Assembly: GCF_006345805.1 (NCBI RefSeq)
Contig: NC_043000.1
Location: 3,844,001 to 3,908,000, forward strand
Source: Octopus sinensis
Lineage: Eukaryota
Length of the DNA stretch: 64,000 nucleotides
Reading direction: 5' to 3'
Every line of letters begins with the position of its first letter. Position 1 is the stretch's first letter. The notes beneath the pieces were generated by a model that was given only the letters and a program-made list of their open reading frames with translations, had not been told where the DNA came from and did not search any database. Positions 25,363-37,506 of the stretch are shown piece after piece. The position numbers were made by a program, and so were the translations under genes.

Positions 25363-26145
25363 TATTTCTTTATTGCTCACAAGGGGCTAAACACAGAGGG
25401 GACAAACAAGGACAGACAAAGGGATTAAATTGATTACATCGACCCCAGTGCAAAACTGGTACTTTATTTATCGACCCCGAAAGGATGAAAAGCAAAGCCG
25501 ACCTCGGCGGAATTTGAACTCAGAACGTAACGACAGGCGAAATACCTATTTCTTTACTACCCACAAAGGGCTACACACAGAGGGGACAAACAAGGACAGA
25601 CAAAGGGATTAAATTGATTACATCGACCCCAGTGCAAAACTGGTACTTTATTTATCGACCCCGAAAGGATGAAAAGCAAAGCCGACCTCGGCGGAATTTG
25701 AACTCAGAACGTAACGACAGGCGAAATACCTATTTCTTTACTACCCACAAGGGCTACACACAGAGGGGACAAACAGGACAGACAAAGGATTAAATTGATT
25801 ACATCGACCCCAGTGCAAAACTGGTACTTTATTTATCGACCCCGAAAGGATGAAAAGCAAAGCCGACCTCGGCGGAATTTGAACTCAGAACGTAACGACA
25901 GGCGAAATACCTATTTCTTTACTACCCACAAAGGGCTACACACAGAGGGGACAAACAAGGACAGACAAAGGGATTAAATTGATTACATCGACCCCAGTGC
26001 ATAACCAGTACTTAATTTATCGATCCCGAAAGGATGAAAGGAAAAGTAGACCTCAACGGAATTTGAACTCAGAACGTAACTGCAGACGAAATACCGCTAA
26101 GCATTTCACCCGGCGTGCTAACGTTTCTGCCAGCTCGCTGCCTTC
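25363..26145 (-). mobile_element. Family A SINE tetramer (~184-bp units plus one head)
   Basis: Units 25363-25546, 25547-25730, 25731-25911, 25912-~26095; single head; 8-bp TSD GGCTTTCT around the whole array. Confidence 0.92.
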
Positions 26146-26505
26146 GGCTTTCTACCAACCCTTCTCTCTAGGCATATATCTGTGTGCGTGTGTGTTACTG
26201 TCATCTTGTTTTGACATTGTGCTATAGCTGTAAGCAAGTGTCATCATCATACAAGCAATGCCTATCAGTTTTAATCTTCTGTGAAAACATGTCTGGCCAT
26301 GGGGAAACAGGTGAAGGTTAGCAACAAGAACAGCATCAGGCCATAGTAAATCCACCTCAATAAATTGAGAACATGGGGAAATGGAAGTTAAAATGATTAG
26401 GATCCTTTCTTCAAGATTCTAAGTTCAGCCATACTGTAACCCAAGCAAGTTGGTATATACCCTGTTGCTTCAATAATAAACAGTATAAAGCTGAAAGTAT
26501 ATATA

Positions 26506-26892
26506 GGCGTAGGAGTGGCTGTGTGGTAAGTAGCTTGCTTATCAACCACATGGTTCCGGGTTCAATCCCACTGCGTGGCACCTTGAGCAAGTGTCTTCTA
26601 CTATAGCCTCGGGCCGACCAAACCCTTGTGAGTGGATTTGGTAGATGGAAACTGAAAGAAGCCCTTCGTATATATGTGTATGTATATGTTTGTGTGGCTG
26701 TGTTTGTCCCCCCCAACATCGCTTGACAACCGATGCTGGTGTGTTTACGTCTCCGTAACTTAGCAGTTCGGCAAAAGAGACCGATAGAATAAGTACTACG
26801 ATTACAAAGAGTAAGTCCTGGGATTGATTTGCTCGACTAAAGGCGGTGCTCCAGCATGGCCACAGTCAAATGACTGAAACAAGTAAAAGAGA
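26506..26892 (+). mobile_element. SINE family B, full length
   Basis: Complete head-to-tail match to the 33154 and 57922 copies. Confidence 0.9.
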
Positions 26893-27184
26893 GAGTATAT
26901 TAGAAAGCAGATTTTCAGACTCCTCACCAATATTCCATATTTATATGGTTGGATGGATTTCCTCCAGCTCAGCACTGAGATATCTGGCATCTTGTTGTAC
27001 ACATGTTGCTGCTGACCATCTTCTGTGGCCTCTTTTGCAAACTGTATCTTCTTTGCATTGCTATAACTACATCAGACACATGCATGACTTCTCATTCAAA
27101 GCCAAAACATCTTGTCCCTCTACTATTGTGAATGTTTACACGGCTTCAGATATGACTTACTACAGTGTTCTGTTCCTATACCTC

Positions 27185-27518
27185 TGAGACCCCCTTTGGT
27201 CATGACACAGGCCATGGGATTGCACCTAGAAAGTTACCCTCCCAAGCACAAGTCCGGGCAAAGTTGTTTTTGGAAGACCAGTAGTCACCCATGCATACCG
27301 GCCTCCCCTCTCTACGCCACTGATGTTATCCAAGGCAAAGGCAAATGCCAATACAGCTTGGCACCAGTGATGTTACAACTCATTTCTACAGCTGAGCGAA
27401 TGAGAGCAGCATGAAATAAAGTGTCTTGCTCAAGAATACAACATGCAGCCCGGTCCAAGATTCAAGCTCACCTCACGATTGTAAGCTCAACGCTCTAACC
27501 ACTGAGCCATGTGCCTTC
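27185..27518 (-). mobile_element. SINE family D with tRNA-like head
   Basis: Minus strand begins ggaaggcacatggctcagtggttagagcg (A box), then ttgagcaagacacttt. Confidence 0.75.
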
Positions 27519-27556
27519 CCATACCTACGTTGGTAAATACTGCAAAGGTCCTAGAC

Positions 27557-27814
27557 CAGTGGTTCTCAACTGGGGTTCATATGGCCCTTGGGGGTCCATA
27601 TAAGATTTTATTGTTAAAATTTATGTACAATAAATTACTTATACTTCTGCAATATACAGAATATTTTAACAATATTTTATACAATTCTGAATAATATTTA
27701 ATTATAAAAATTCATTAAGGTTTTTTTTTATACACATTGAATGGCTATGTATTTCCAGGAGAGTAAAATAGGAATCAAAGGAATCTATAGGCAAAAAATG
27801 GTTGAGTACCACTA
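27557..27814. mobile_element. hAT-type MITE
   Basis: TIR CAGTGGTTCTCAAC / GTTGAGTACCACTA with a perfect 8-bp TSD TCCTAGAC. Confidence 0.9.
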
Positions 27815-28954
27815 TCCTAGACCATTGCCTTTTTTTTTTTTTATCTAGTTTCAGCTCATGAGCTGTGGCCATACTGGGGCACAGCCATTTAAAATTTGTG
27901 GGGAGGGGACTGCATTGGTTCCGAAAGAATGAAAGGTAAAGTCAACCTCGGTGGAATTTGAACTCAGAACGTAGCGATGGGCACTTGATTTGTAATACTC
28001 AGAAATCTCTCTATTATTGCAACTTTTTAGTTATGGCAGTGTTATACAGAGTAGAGTGGGTGGAAGTTTAGTAAGGGAACATTAGGGATAACCAAAATGT
28101 CATATTATTGGAATTGTCATCATCATTGTTGTCATCATTATTTAGCATCTGTCTTCCATGCTGGCATGGATATAAGTCCATTCTGGCACCATTATTTTTT
28201 ATTATTCAAGTTTGCTATATTGCTCCTAGTATAGCTAGAGACTACACCACTTGATGTAATTTCCCACCCCATGTCTATAGCTGAGATAATTTGTTAATAT
28301 TTGATAAGGCAGAGAAGGTGGTAAGCTGGCAGGATTAACATGCCAGAAAAATGCTTAGCTGTACTTTGTGTCTCTATGTCCTGTGTTCAAATGCCACTGG
28401 GGGTCAATTTTGCCTTTTGTCCTTTCAGGAGTGATAAAATGAGTACCAGCTGAGCACTGGGGTTGATAGAATAAACTTACCCCTTTGTCTGATATTGCTG
28501 GCCTTGTGACAAAATTTGAAACTAGTGTTTAAGAAGCCAGAAAGATAAATATTAAATAAATATCACTTAGATGAAGAAGTCTTGAGATATTGGAGTTCCT
28601 TATGTGTCTATTGCTAATTTTGATGATTAATTTCTAATATATCTTGTGGAATTGTTTCAAACCCAGTTCCCCCTGATTAGTGTTTGACATTATTGTGCTC
28701 TATACATCACTGTTGTGTATTTAAGGGTATTTAATTCTCTTCTCTTTTCTTTACAAGATAGACTTGTCTATACACTTCTCTACCTTAACTGCTTGTGTTC
28801 CTGTGAATGAATACTCACAGCAACAAATACTATTGTTGTCATTATTTCCCTCTGTCATTAACTGATTAAGCCGCCAACATGATGAATATACGGCATTTAA
28901 TCACACATTTTAGTGTCTTTGCTTTATTTTCCCTAATTGTTATTTTTAACCCTT

Positions 28955-29720
28955 TGTTACAACAGTTTAACGTTGTCTTACCAAAGTCCTACCTTTGTCT
29001 TCTGCCAGTTTTAGCATTTTCCTATGACATGCCGGTGGCACGTAAACAATACTATTCTAGTGTGATCATTACCAGCGTCGCCTTACTGGCACTTGTGCCG
29101 GTGGCATGTGAAAAAACATTCGAACGAGGTCATTGCCAGTGCCGCTGGACTGGCTCCTGTGCAGGTGGCACATAAAAAACACACCATTTGAGAGTGGCCA
29201 TTGCCAGTACCGCCTGACTGGCCCTCATGCCGGTGGCACGTAAAAGCACCCACTACACTCTCGGAGTGGTTGGCATTAGGAAGGGCATCCAGCTGTAGAA
29301 ACTCTGCCAGATCAAGATTGGAGCCTGGTGCAGCCATCTGGTTCGCCAGACTTCAGTCAAATCGTCCAACCCATGCTAGCATGGAAAGCAGGCGTTAAAC
29401 GACGATGATGATGATGAATGTCTTAGAACAGTTTTAATATTATCTTATGTTAGTTTTAACATTGTCTTATGCCAGTCTTAACTGTCTTTGAACAGCTTTG
29501 ACAATGTCTTATGGTAGTTTTAGCATTGTCTTACAGCAGTTTTGACAGTGTCTTAAGTCAGTTTTAGAATTGTCATATCCCAGTTTTTAAAACGTCTTAT
29601 GCCAGCTTGTCTTAAAACAGTTGTAACATTGCCTTATGACATTTTTAACAACTTCTTAACAGCAGTTTTAAGAATTTCGTTTGGTAGTTTTTGCAATGTC
29701 TTACATTTTCAACATAGTTT
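28955..29720 (+). repeat. Degenerate ~22-bp minisatellite split by a family C insertion (29030-29417)
   Basis: Recurrent cattgtcttatg..cagttttaa units on both sides of the insertion. Confidence 0.6.
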
Positions 29721-29857
29721 TGCACTTGATTTACAATTCCTCACTTTAGATGTCTCGACCATATTTTTTGTCTTCTTTTTCTCAAGCTTTCTTATTGGTT
29801 TTCTTTATATTATTATTAGAAATCAATATGTAGCTTAATGTTAGAAATCCTCCTCCT

Positions 29858-30150
29858 CTTTATTATTATTATTATTATTATTATTATCATCATCATCCTC
29901 ATCATTATTATTATCATCATCATCCTCATCATTATTATCATCATCATCATTATTATCATCGTCATTATTATTATTATTATCATCATTATCATCATTATTA
30001 TTATTATCATCATCATCATGATCATTATTATTATTATTATCATCATCATTATCATCATTATTATTATTATTATCATCATCATCATTATCATCATTATTGT
30101 TGTTGTTGTTATCATCATCATTATTATCATCATTATCATCATCATCATCA

Positions 30151-30185
<35 letters not shown>

Positions 30186-30205
30186 GTTATTGTTATTGTT
30201 GTTGT
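29858..30205. repeat. Long compound (ATT/ATC/GTT)n microsatellite
   Basis: About 350 bp of trinucleotide repeat; source of the poly-Ile and poly-Met ORFs. Confidence 0.95.
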
Positions 30206-30427
30206 TATTTACATTCTTTCATCTTGTAATCTACCCCCTTCATTACATGATTCAGGATGTCTGAAATGTAAAAGAGTAGAAAGAGAGCTGACTGTTATTA
30301 TTGGTTGGTGGTGGTGGTGGTGGTGGTGTGGAGTGGTCATGTAGTGCAAGGATAGGAATTGGGTAAGGGTATGTGGGGGGGTGCAGGTTGTGGTAGGGTG
30401 TGGTAAGGGGAATAAGGTTGTAAGAGA

Positions 30428-30465
<38 letters not shown>

Positions 30466-30774
30466 AGTCAGCAGAGTTTGAGGAAGAATGAAATGAGGAG
30501 GTGAGAAGTGTGAGTGGAGGAGAGTAGTAGAAAAGGAGAGTAAGTTGTATAAGAATGGAGAGCAATGAGGTGTGAATAAGGAATGGGGGGGGATGGTGTG
30601 AGACGATGGAGGAGAAAGAGCAGTAATATGAATGGAGGGAGATAGAGAGGGAGGTAATAGTCAAAGAAGACTATCATTAACTATTTTACTGTTAGTTTGT
30701 TTGCTATTACTACTACTACTATTACTATTACTGCTGCTGTTGTTTCATTGATGCTGTTATTACTACTTCTACTT

Positions 30775-31013
30775 CAGTGGTTCTCAACCGTTTTTAACCT
30801 ATGGACTGCTTTGATTCCTGTTTCACTCGGTGGGGTGGGGGGACCCTCGAAGCCCTTTGATGTCCAAAATCTTCTATTATATTTTTATCGTTAAATGTTA
30901 TTAGGTTTTGTATCGAAAAAAAAAAATTGTTAAAATATTTTGTGTATTATTGAAGTATAACCGATTTATGTCACATAAATTTTAACAACAAAATTTTATA
31001 TGGACCCCCCCCA
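30775..31013. mobile_element. hAT MITE, opposite-orientation copy of 27557, truncated
   Basis: Starts CAGTGGTTCTCAAC; body matches the reverse complement of 27557; right end replaced by a family B SINE. Confidence 0.7.
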
Positions 31014-31024
31014 CCAAGAGCCAT

Positions 31025-31424
31025 ACTCTTTTACTCTTTTACTTGTTTCAGTCATTTGACTGCGGCCATGCTGGAGCACCGCCTTTAATCGAGCAACTCG
31101 ACCCCGGGACTTATTCTTTTGTAAGCCCAGTACTTATTCTATCGGTCTCTTTTGCCGAACTGCTAAGTAACGGGGACATAAACACACCAGCATCGGTTGT
31201 CAAGCAATGCTAGGGGGACAAACACACACATGCATATATATATATATATATATACATATATACGACGGGCTTCTTTCAGTTTCCGTCTACCAAATCCACT
31301 CACAAGGCTTTGGTCGGTCCGAGGCTATAGCAGAAGACACTTGCCCAAGGTGCCACGCAGTGGGACTGAACCCGGAACCATGTGGTTGGTAAACAAGCTA
31401 CTTACCACACAGCCACTCTGCGCC
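31025..31424 (-). mobile_element. SINE family B, full length
   Basis: Near-identical to the other young family B copies. Confidence 0.9.
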
Positions 31425-32045
31425 ATATGAATTTTGGTTGAAAATCTCTGGTCCTGTTGGTTCTAAAGACCAGTTCACTGAATTTGCTAGAAATCACAGC
31501 CAAGTCTACTTCAGATTGCATTCTATAATCTCTGAAAGAAAGACAAAAACAACACAAGCTGTAGATGAATATACAAAATGATGGGAGGGTTACGGATGAT
31601 TCCTTTAACCATAGGTCTGCTCTGTTCAAGATGACTTGAATGAAACAACTACTAAATATTAAAATGACTGCCATGACATATAATATATCAAGTTAATTGT
31701 TTAATTTTTAGCAGAATTATTTCTTTGGAATATAGTACTTCGTATGAGTTTGGGGTTATAGTAACTGACACTCCACTGGTTAAGATGATGAGTGTTTCAG
31801 TTGATCTGCTTGTGAAATTAATGTGCAAGTAGCCGAGTACTCCACAGACATGCGTACTCATCACATTGTTCTTAGGGAGATTCAGTGTGATACAGAATGT
31901 GACAAGGCTCCCCCCTCGAACGCTTGGCAACTGATGTTGGTGTGTTTACATCCCCGTAAATTAGCAGTTCAGCAAAAGATGGAATAAGTTCTAGGCTTAC
32001 AAAGAATAAGTCCTGGGGTTGATTTCTTTGACTAAAACCCTTTAA

Positions 32046-32266
32046 CCCATTAGCATTTAAACCGGCCATATCCGGCCAAAAGTATTCTGCCTGTTCTATG
32101 TTCAAACTGGCCAGATCTGGTCTCTCACACCAACCCTACAATATCATTTTAAAAATTAACAGCTACCTCATCAAAATCTCATAGCTACAAGATAATGCAT
32201 GATTAGTTCAAGGCAATGTGGATAAAAAAGCATTAATTTTGGCAGAATAATGCGAACACTAAAGGG
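32046..32266 (+). mobile_element. piggyBac-type MITE (TTAA TSD) inserted in a family B tail
   Basis: TTAA|CCC...GGG|TTAA; the empty site gactaaaaccctttaaggcag is visible near 18755. Confidence 0.88.
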
Positions 32267-32788
32267 TTAAGGCAGTGCTCCAGCATGGCTACAGTCAAAT
32301 GACTGAAGCAAGTAAAAGAAAAGAATACCTGGCTTTCAGGATGGAGGATTCAGTGCCCTCTGTTGATGTTGGTGGAAACCAAGAAAGAATGAGTCATACA
32401 TACTGTCATACAATTTCCCACTAGTCAAAAGTATGTCACTCCCATTGAACCCCAATGAATACTGCTTGCAGCCTTCGATTTTTTTTTCCATCCAAGTAGC
32501 TTTATCTACTTCAAGTTCCATTGTTAAAAATGATTTTTTTTCCTGTCTCTTGAAGTTTCTATATTTTTATGATGATGATAATGATATATGATTCATAAAA
32601 ATATAGAAATTTCGAGAGACATGAAAATATATATATATATGATACATATATATACATATATATAATGTGTCATCCAACCCATGCCAGCATGGAAAGTGGA
32701 CGTTAAACGATGATGATGATGATATATATATAATGTGTATATGTGTATATACATACGTGTGTGTATACATATATAATGTGTGCGTGTA

Positions 32789-32846
<58 letters not shown>

Positions 32847-33153
32847 TACATATAATGTGTGTGTATGCATATATATGTTATAGAAGCCAATGAGAGGCTC
32901 TGTTGTTACTGTTCCTGCTAGAAATAACAGTCATGTTTGTTCCAAATGATGCTATACACTTTTAAAGATAAAAGTACATATTACATAATGTAGTACTAGA
33001 ACTTTATTTAAAGGATGGTCACAGCTGGAATGTCTCTGATTTTAGGTCTGTTGGATAAGGGTTGACCTGAGGCTAAACAGCTACATCAACCACTGCTTCT
33101 TTTACATTCAATATTATGGTGAGTGAATGTACTTTTTAAACCCAGGTACACAA

Positions 33154-33570
33154 GGTGCAGGAGTGGCTGTGTGGTAAGTAGCTTGCTAACCAACCACATG
33201 GTTCCGGGTTCAGTCCCACTGCGTGGCATCTTGGGCAAGTGTCTTCTGCTATAGCCCCGGGCCGACCAGTGCCTTGTGAGTGGATTTGGTAGACGGAAAC
33301 TGAAAGAAGCCTGTTGTATATATGTATATATATATATATGTATGTGTGTGTGTTTGTGTGTCTGTGTTTGTCCTCCTAGCATTGCTTGACAACTGATGCT
33401 GGTGTGTTTACGTCCCTGTCACTTAGCGGTTCGGCAAAAAGAGACCGATAGAATAAGTACTGGGCTTACAAAGAATAAGTCCCGGGGTCGATTTGCTCGA
33501 CTAAAGGCGGTGCTCCAGCATGGCCGCAGTCAAATGACTGAAACAAGTAAAAGAAAGAAAAAGAAAAGAA
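33154..33570 (+). mobile_element. SINE family B, full length
   Basis: Complete head and tail. Confidence 0.9.
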
Positions 33571-34757
33571 AGTTGATAAACTAAAATGTCCTAACAGATT
33601 TGACTAAAATAATTTGCCTAAATTTGCTATCAGTGAAGTTATTGTAACACAAGTCTTGTATGTACTATGACGCAATACTGTGCTTCCTTATAGTTCAAAC
33701 AGGTTGCTGTTTAAACGATGATGATGATGATTTCGTGATAGTTTTTTTGTGTTTTTTTAACCTAGCAACTTTCAGTTTTTCAACTTCCTCATTCTCATAA
33801 TGTTTTTGTACGTAAGACATCTGGAAAAATTAGAATATCATGTAATTCTTGTGTGAACTGCTAAAGAAACAAATCTACAGCATTCTTTAGTAGAGTATTC
33901 CAAATGAATATCTCTTACGGTCTGATCATGGCTAAATTTTACAGGCATAGGTGTATGGTTAAGAAGTTTACTTCCCAACCACATAGTTTCAGGTTTCAAT
34001 CCCATTGCATGGCAGCTTGAGCAAGTGTCTTTTACTAAGATCCCCTGGCCAACTAAAGCCCTGTGAATGGGTTTCATAGGCAGAAATTGAAAGAAGCCTG
34101 CTGTGTGTGTGCGTGTGTGTCTTCTTGATGTCACGTAATAGCTGTAAGTGTGTGTCATAACAACCAATAGTCAAGTATATCTAGCTGTAAGTAACTACCA
34201 TGATGTAGTAGAGTTAATTGTACTATTTCCAAAACTAAAACATTCATCTGTTAAATGATCCAGTACATCTGTCTGTAAATTGACGACAGCCAATGACAGG
34301 GCCTCCATGTTTAATCACATGATTGATTGAATACAGCAGTAAAAGCTTCCAACTAAATGAAGTCACATTGCTTTAAGCATTGCATCTACAATTTCAAGTT
34401 CTGTGATTTTCAGCTGGTCTTTTTATTTATGTTTTAAGATTTGTAAAATGAATAGGGAAATTCTTGATTCTTGAGATAATCTTACCTTTTGATATAGAAC
34501 TGGTCTTGTCATTTGGTAATAATGATACATTCTCTATGGAAGACATATCGGATACCATTCAGCATAAATCAAGGATTTATGTTGTATTGCATTTGATATA
34601 CCTGTATTTGTCTATGATGTTGAAATACATGCCACTGGCCACTTTGATTTATTTCTCTTTGCTCATTTTTGTTTAAAATTATGCTAATTCTCTAGGCCAT
34701 AAATGTGTTTAATCTTTTTATATAAGCCCAAGTTGCTTGGCAACTGGAGGTAAGATT

Positions 34758-34815
34758 GGACAACTGTTGTGTTGATGATGCCTGTTGAGGCAGAAACATG
34801 TGTCCATAACTGTCC
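34758..34815 (+). ncRNA. Type I hammerhead ribozyme fold (C3U variant)
   Basis: Stem I gttgtg/cataac plus ggaca/tgtcc, core TTGATGA, stem II tgcct-gttg-aggca, GAAA, stem III ACA-tg-TGT, GUC triplet. Confidence 0.6.
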
Positions 34816-35571
34816 CCTTATCTTCAGATAATAAGCATCTCCTTTTCCTTATTGGCATGTCAAATTTGGAGAATTCTTGATTCTTGAGGTTTTCTTCCCA
34901 TCTTATATGAGGTTGATCTTAATTGCCATAAGGTAATTATGACATCCGCTAGAGACAAAGGTTATTTTAATAAAAATTAGGCATTTATGTTGTATAGTAT
35001 TTGATATACCTGTATTTGTCTACATGTAATATAACCTGGTTGAAATGTGAGCTATCCAATGTGTTGAGTTTGTGTATCACTATCTAGTAATCATTTAGCT
35101 TTTACTACTTTATATATTATTTGTGCCAGCTCTCTACAACATTGTAATATTAGTAGAGGGTACTTGTAGCATAGGAAGAAATCAGAAGTAGTTGTGAGGT
35201 CAGATCTGTGGACACAGCGCCAGTTGATAATATGACCTATGACAGACCTGTCTGATTCAGTGGTAGTAGAAAGAAACGATGTAAATGGTTAGAATCCTTT
35301 ATTCTGAAATTGAACTGTAACATATAACTTTTCTGAATGGCATTGTCATACTTTTCGTTTAATCTTTTCGCATTTAAACCAGTCATATCTGACTCCAATA
35401 TTCTACATATTTCATGTTCAAACTGATCAGATCTGACCTCTCCTACCTTCCCTATAATGCTATTCTACTGGTAAACAAACACATCATTAAAATTTTAAAG
35501 CTATAAGATAATGCATGATTAATTCAAAACAGTGTTAGTAAATAAGCAATACCTTGACAACAGCGATATTT

Positions 35572-35880
35572 CATCTGCCGCTACGTTCTGATTTCAAATT
35601 CCGCTGAGGTTGACTTTACCTTTCACCCTTGCGGGGTCGATTAAATAAGTACCAGTTACGCACTAGGGTCAATATAATCGACTTAATCCATTTGTCTGTC
35701 CTTGTTTGTCCTCTCTGTGTTTAGTCCCTTGTGGGTAGTAAAGAAATAGGTATTTCTGTTTGTCTTTATGTTCTGAGTTCAAATTCCACTGAGGTTGACT
35801 TTGCCTTTCATTCTTTTGGGGGTCAATGAAATAAGTACCAACTGAACATTGGGGGTTGATGTAATTGACTTAACTACAGT
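35572..35880 (+). mobile_element. Family A SINE dimer (A'' unit joined to an older copy)
   Basis: Junction aaagaaata|ggtattt near 35748. Confidence 0.8.
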
Positions 35881-35899
35881 ATAAAAACTGCACTCCTCT

Positions 35900-36340
35900 G
35901 TCAAGCCATATTGAGCCAGTATGGCAGAGTTGGCTCATCAAACCAGTATGACCTCACGCTCATGTTCATGGTCTTCACATCAGTCTGTGGTTGGTGTAAG
36001 AGAACATTTTGAGGCCTTCATCCTGCCATGGACTGAACATAAGCAATCCAGTCCAATCTGTCCTATATTTGACAGTAATCCAAATGCTAAAGATCTGAAC
36101 AGATTACACCAGGAGAGAATCTTTTATATTCATTCAATGTTTGGGCCTTTTTATATATCTTTATCCATTGCTGAATTGAAAGACACATTGGGTAACGTAG
36201 TTTTAGATGCCATTCAAAAAACAGGACGATCTTGGCTGGAATACTTTGGATCATAAATCTATTCTATCAGGAGGCGGTTGAAAAAGCCAGCTTCTATATA
36301 TGGCTGAAGCTGGAAGACCAAAAATGGCTTGAAAGTCATA
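35900..36340 (+). mobile_element. RLE-type (HERO/NeSL-like) non-LTR retrotransposon C-terminal remnant
   Basis: ILPWTE (resembles LTVPWEE) and YQEAVEKASFYIWLKLEDQKW at 36265-36327 (resembles EAAEKASRWLWLKR). Confidence 0.5.
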
Positions 36341-36431
36341 ACATACCGGCAGGAAAATAACATTACTAGGTGAGACAGGCTGACACTGAATTAGCTTGGC
36401 TGATTGACAGGCGACGGTCTCGTTTAGAGAA

Positions 36432-36825
36432 TGCGTGGGCTGAGACTACGTGCCTTCACTGGTCAGTTAAAGTTGAGACAGTGTCATGTGACAACTTGCT
36501 CGGGCTGCCTGCTGGAGCCTAGCAGCATGTATTTAAAGGGAAAAAATTTGACAAGGCAGTCAGTCGCCCGCCGACACTCGTTGATGCTACATCGAAAAGG
36601 CTAGGGAACAGAAGAAAGAAGACATGCACCCAACACCAGAGCTGAAGACACCTCCGAAAGCGAGGGCCCCGCCACGTCAAAACAGTAGAGGAGTAGGAGC
36701 TGAAACCGGACGTGGTTCCTCCTGATGATGTCTTGACCTAACCTGATCCTATAAAGGAGCTGTTGTGGTAGCAGACCCCGAAACATGGTTGAAATTCCTC
36801 CGGGTTGACGTGGAACTATATTACA
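36432..36825. mobile_element. Candidate solo LTR
   Basis: CpG-rich 394 bp bounded by TG...CA, with AGAA on both sides and internal TATAAA/TATTTAAA. Confidence 0.3.
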
Positions 36826-37456
36826 AGAATAGAATATATATATATCTTCAAGAAGCCTACTTCCACCTTATGGATGGAGTACTGCAGTAAACTACCTCTT
36901 TACTTTGATACCTACTTACTACCAAATGCGCTGGGTACAACAATGAACAGCACCTTCCCATGACATCTATCTGCAGCTAGATGGACTAGGGTTTTGAGAG
37001 ATGAATGTCTGCTAGGCATAGCAGTACTCTGATAGAATTTGAACCATCAGTATTGTGAATAGTAGGTTGATACCTCGATAACCCAACTATTAATGACTGT
37101 CCTGTTTAAAACATTCTCTTGTCACAATGGTATAGTTACAAGTTATGAAATCACCCAGAAATGCTTCACTAATAATCTAAAAATACAGCTGTTGTTATTA
37201 GATAATGCAGTTTTACTTGTCACCAAAAGTACATGAAACAGGCCAGTCATGGCTGTTAAGCGATTAAAAAACAACCTGTGATAGAAAAACAAAAACATTG
37301 CATATCTGCAGATCTTCATACTTAAGCTGACATTCCTATTATGACACTTAATTAATGAGCTCATCACAAACTAGCTGTTGTGATAATTTGTTGCCTTCTC
37401 AGCCTTTAACATCTAAAGTCTGTCACATTATTGAACTACACATGTATATATTTATA

Positions 37457-37506
<50 letters not shown>

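Noticed and set aside
25430-26227. Repeated 60-aa ORFs (MITSTPVQNW...)
   Set aside because: They are antisense readings of tandem SINE units starting at TTG.
26506-26590. tRNA gene-like heads
   Set aside because: They are SINE heads continuing into SINE bodies; no complete cloverleaf was seen.
29816-30344. Poly-Ile and poly-Met ORFs (168 aa and 112 aa)
   Set aside because: They are translations of the ATT/ATC microsatellite.
36712-36800. CTGATGA...CCCGAAAC possible hammerhead
   Set aside because: No convincing stem I or stem II pairing.
37150-37360. LLLLDNA, possible pogo/Tigger remnant
   Set aside because: Only a 7-residue match with no TIRs or neighbouring motifs.
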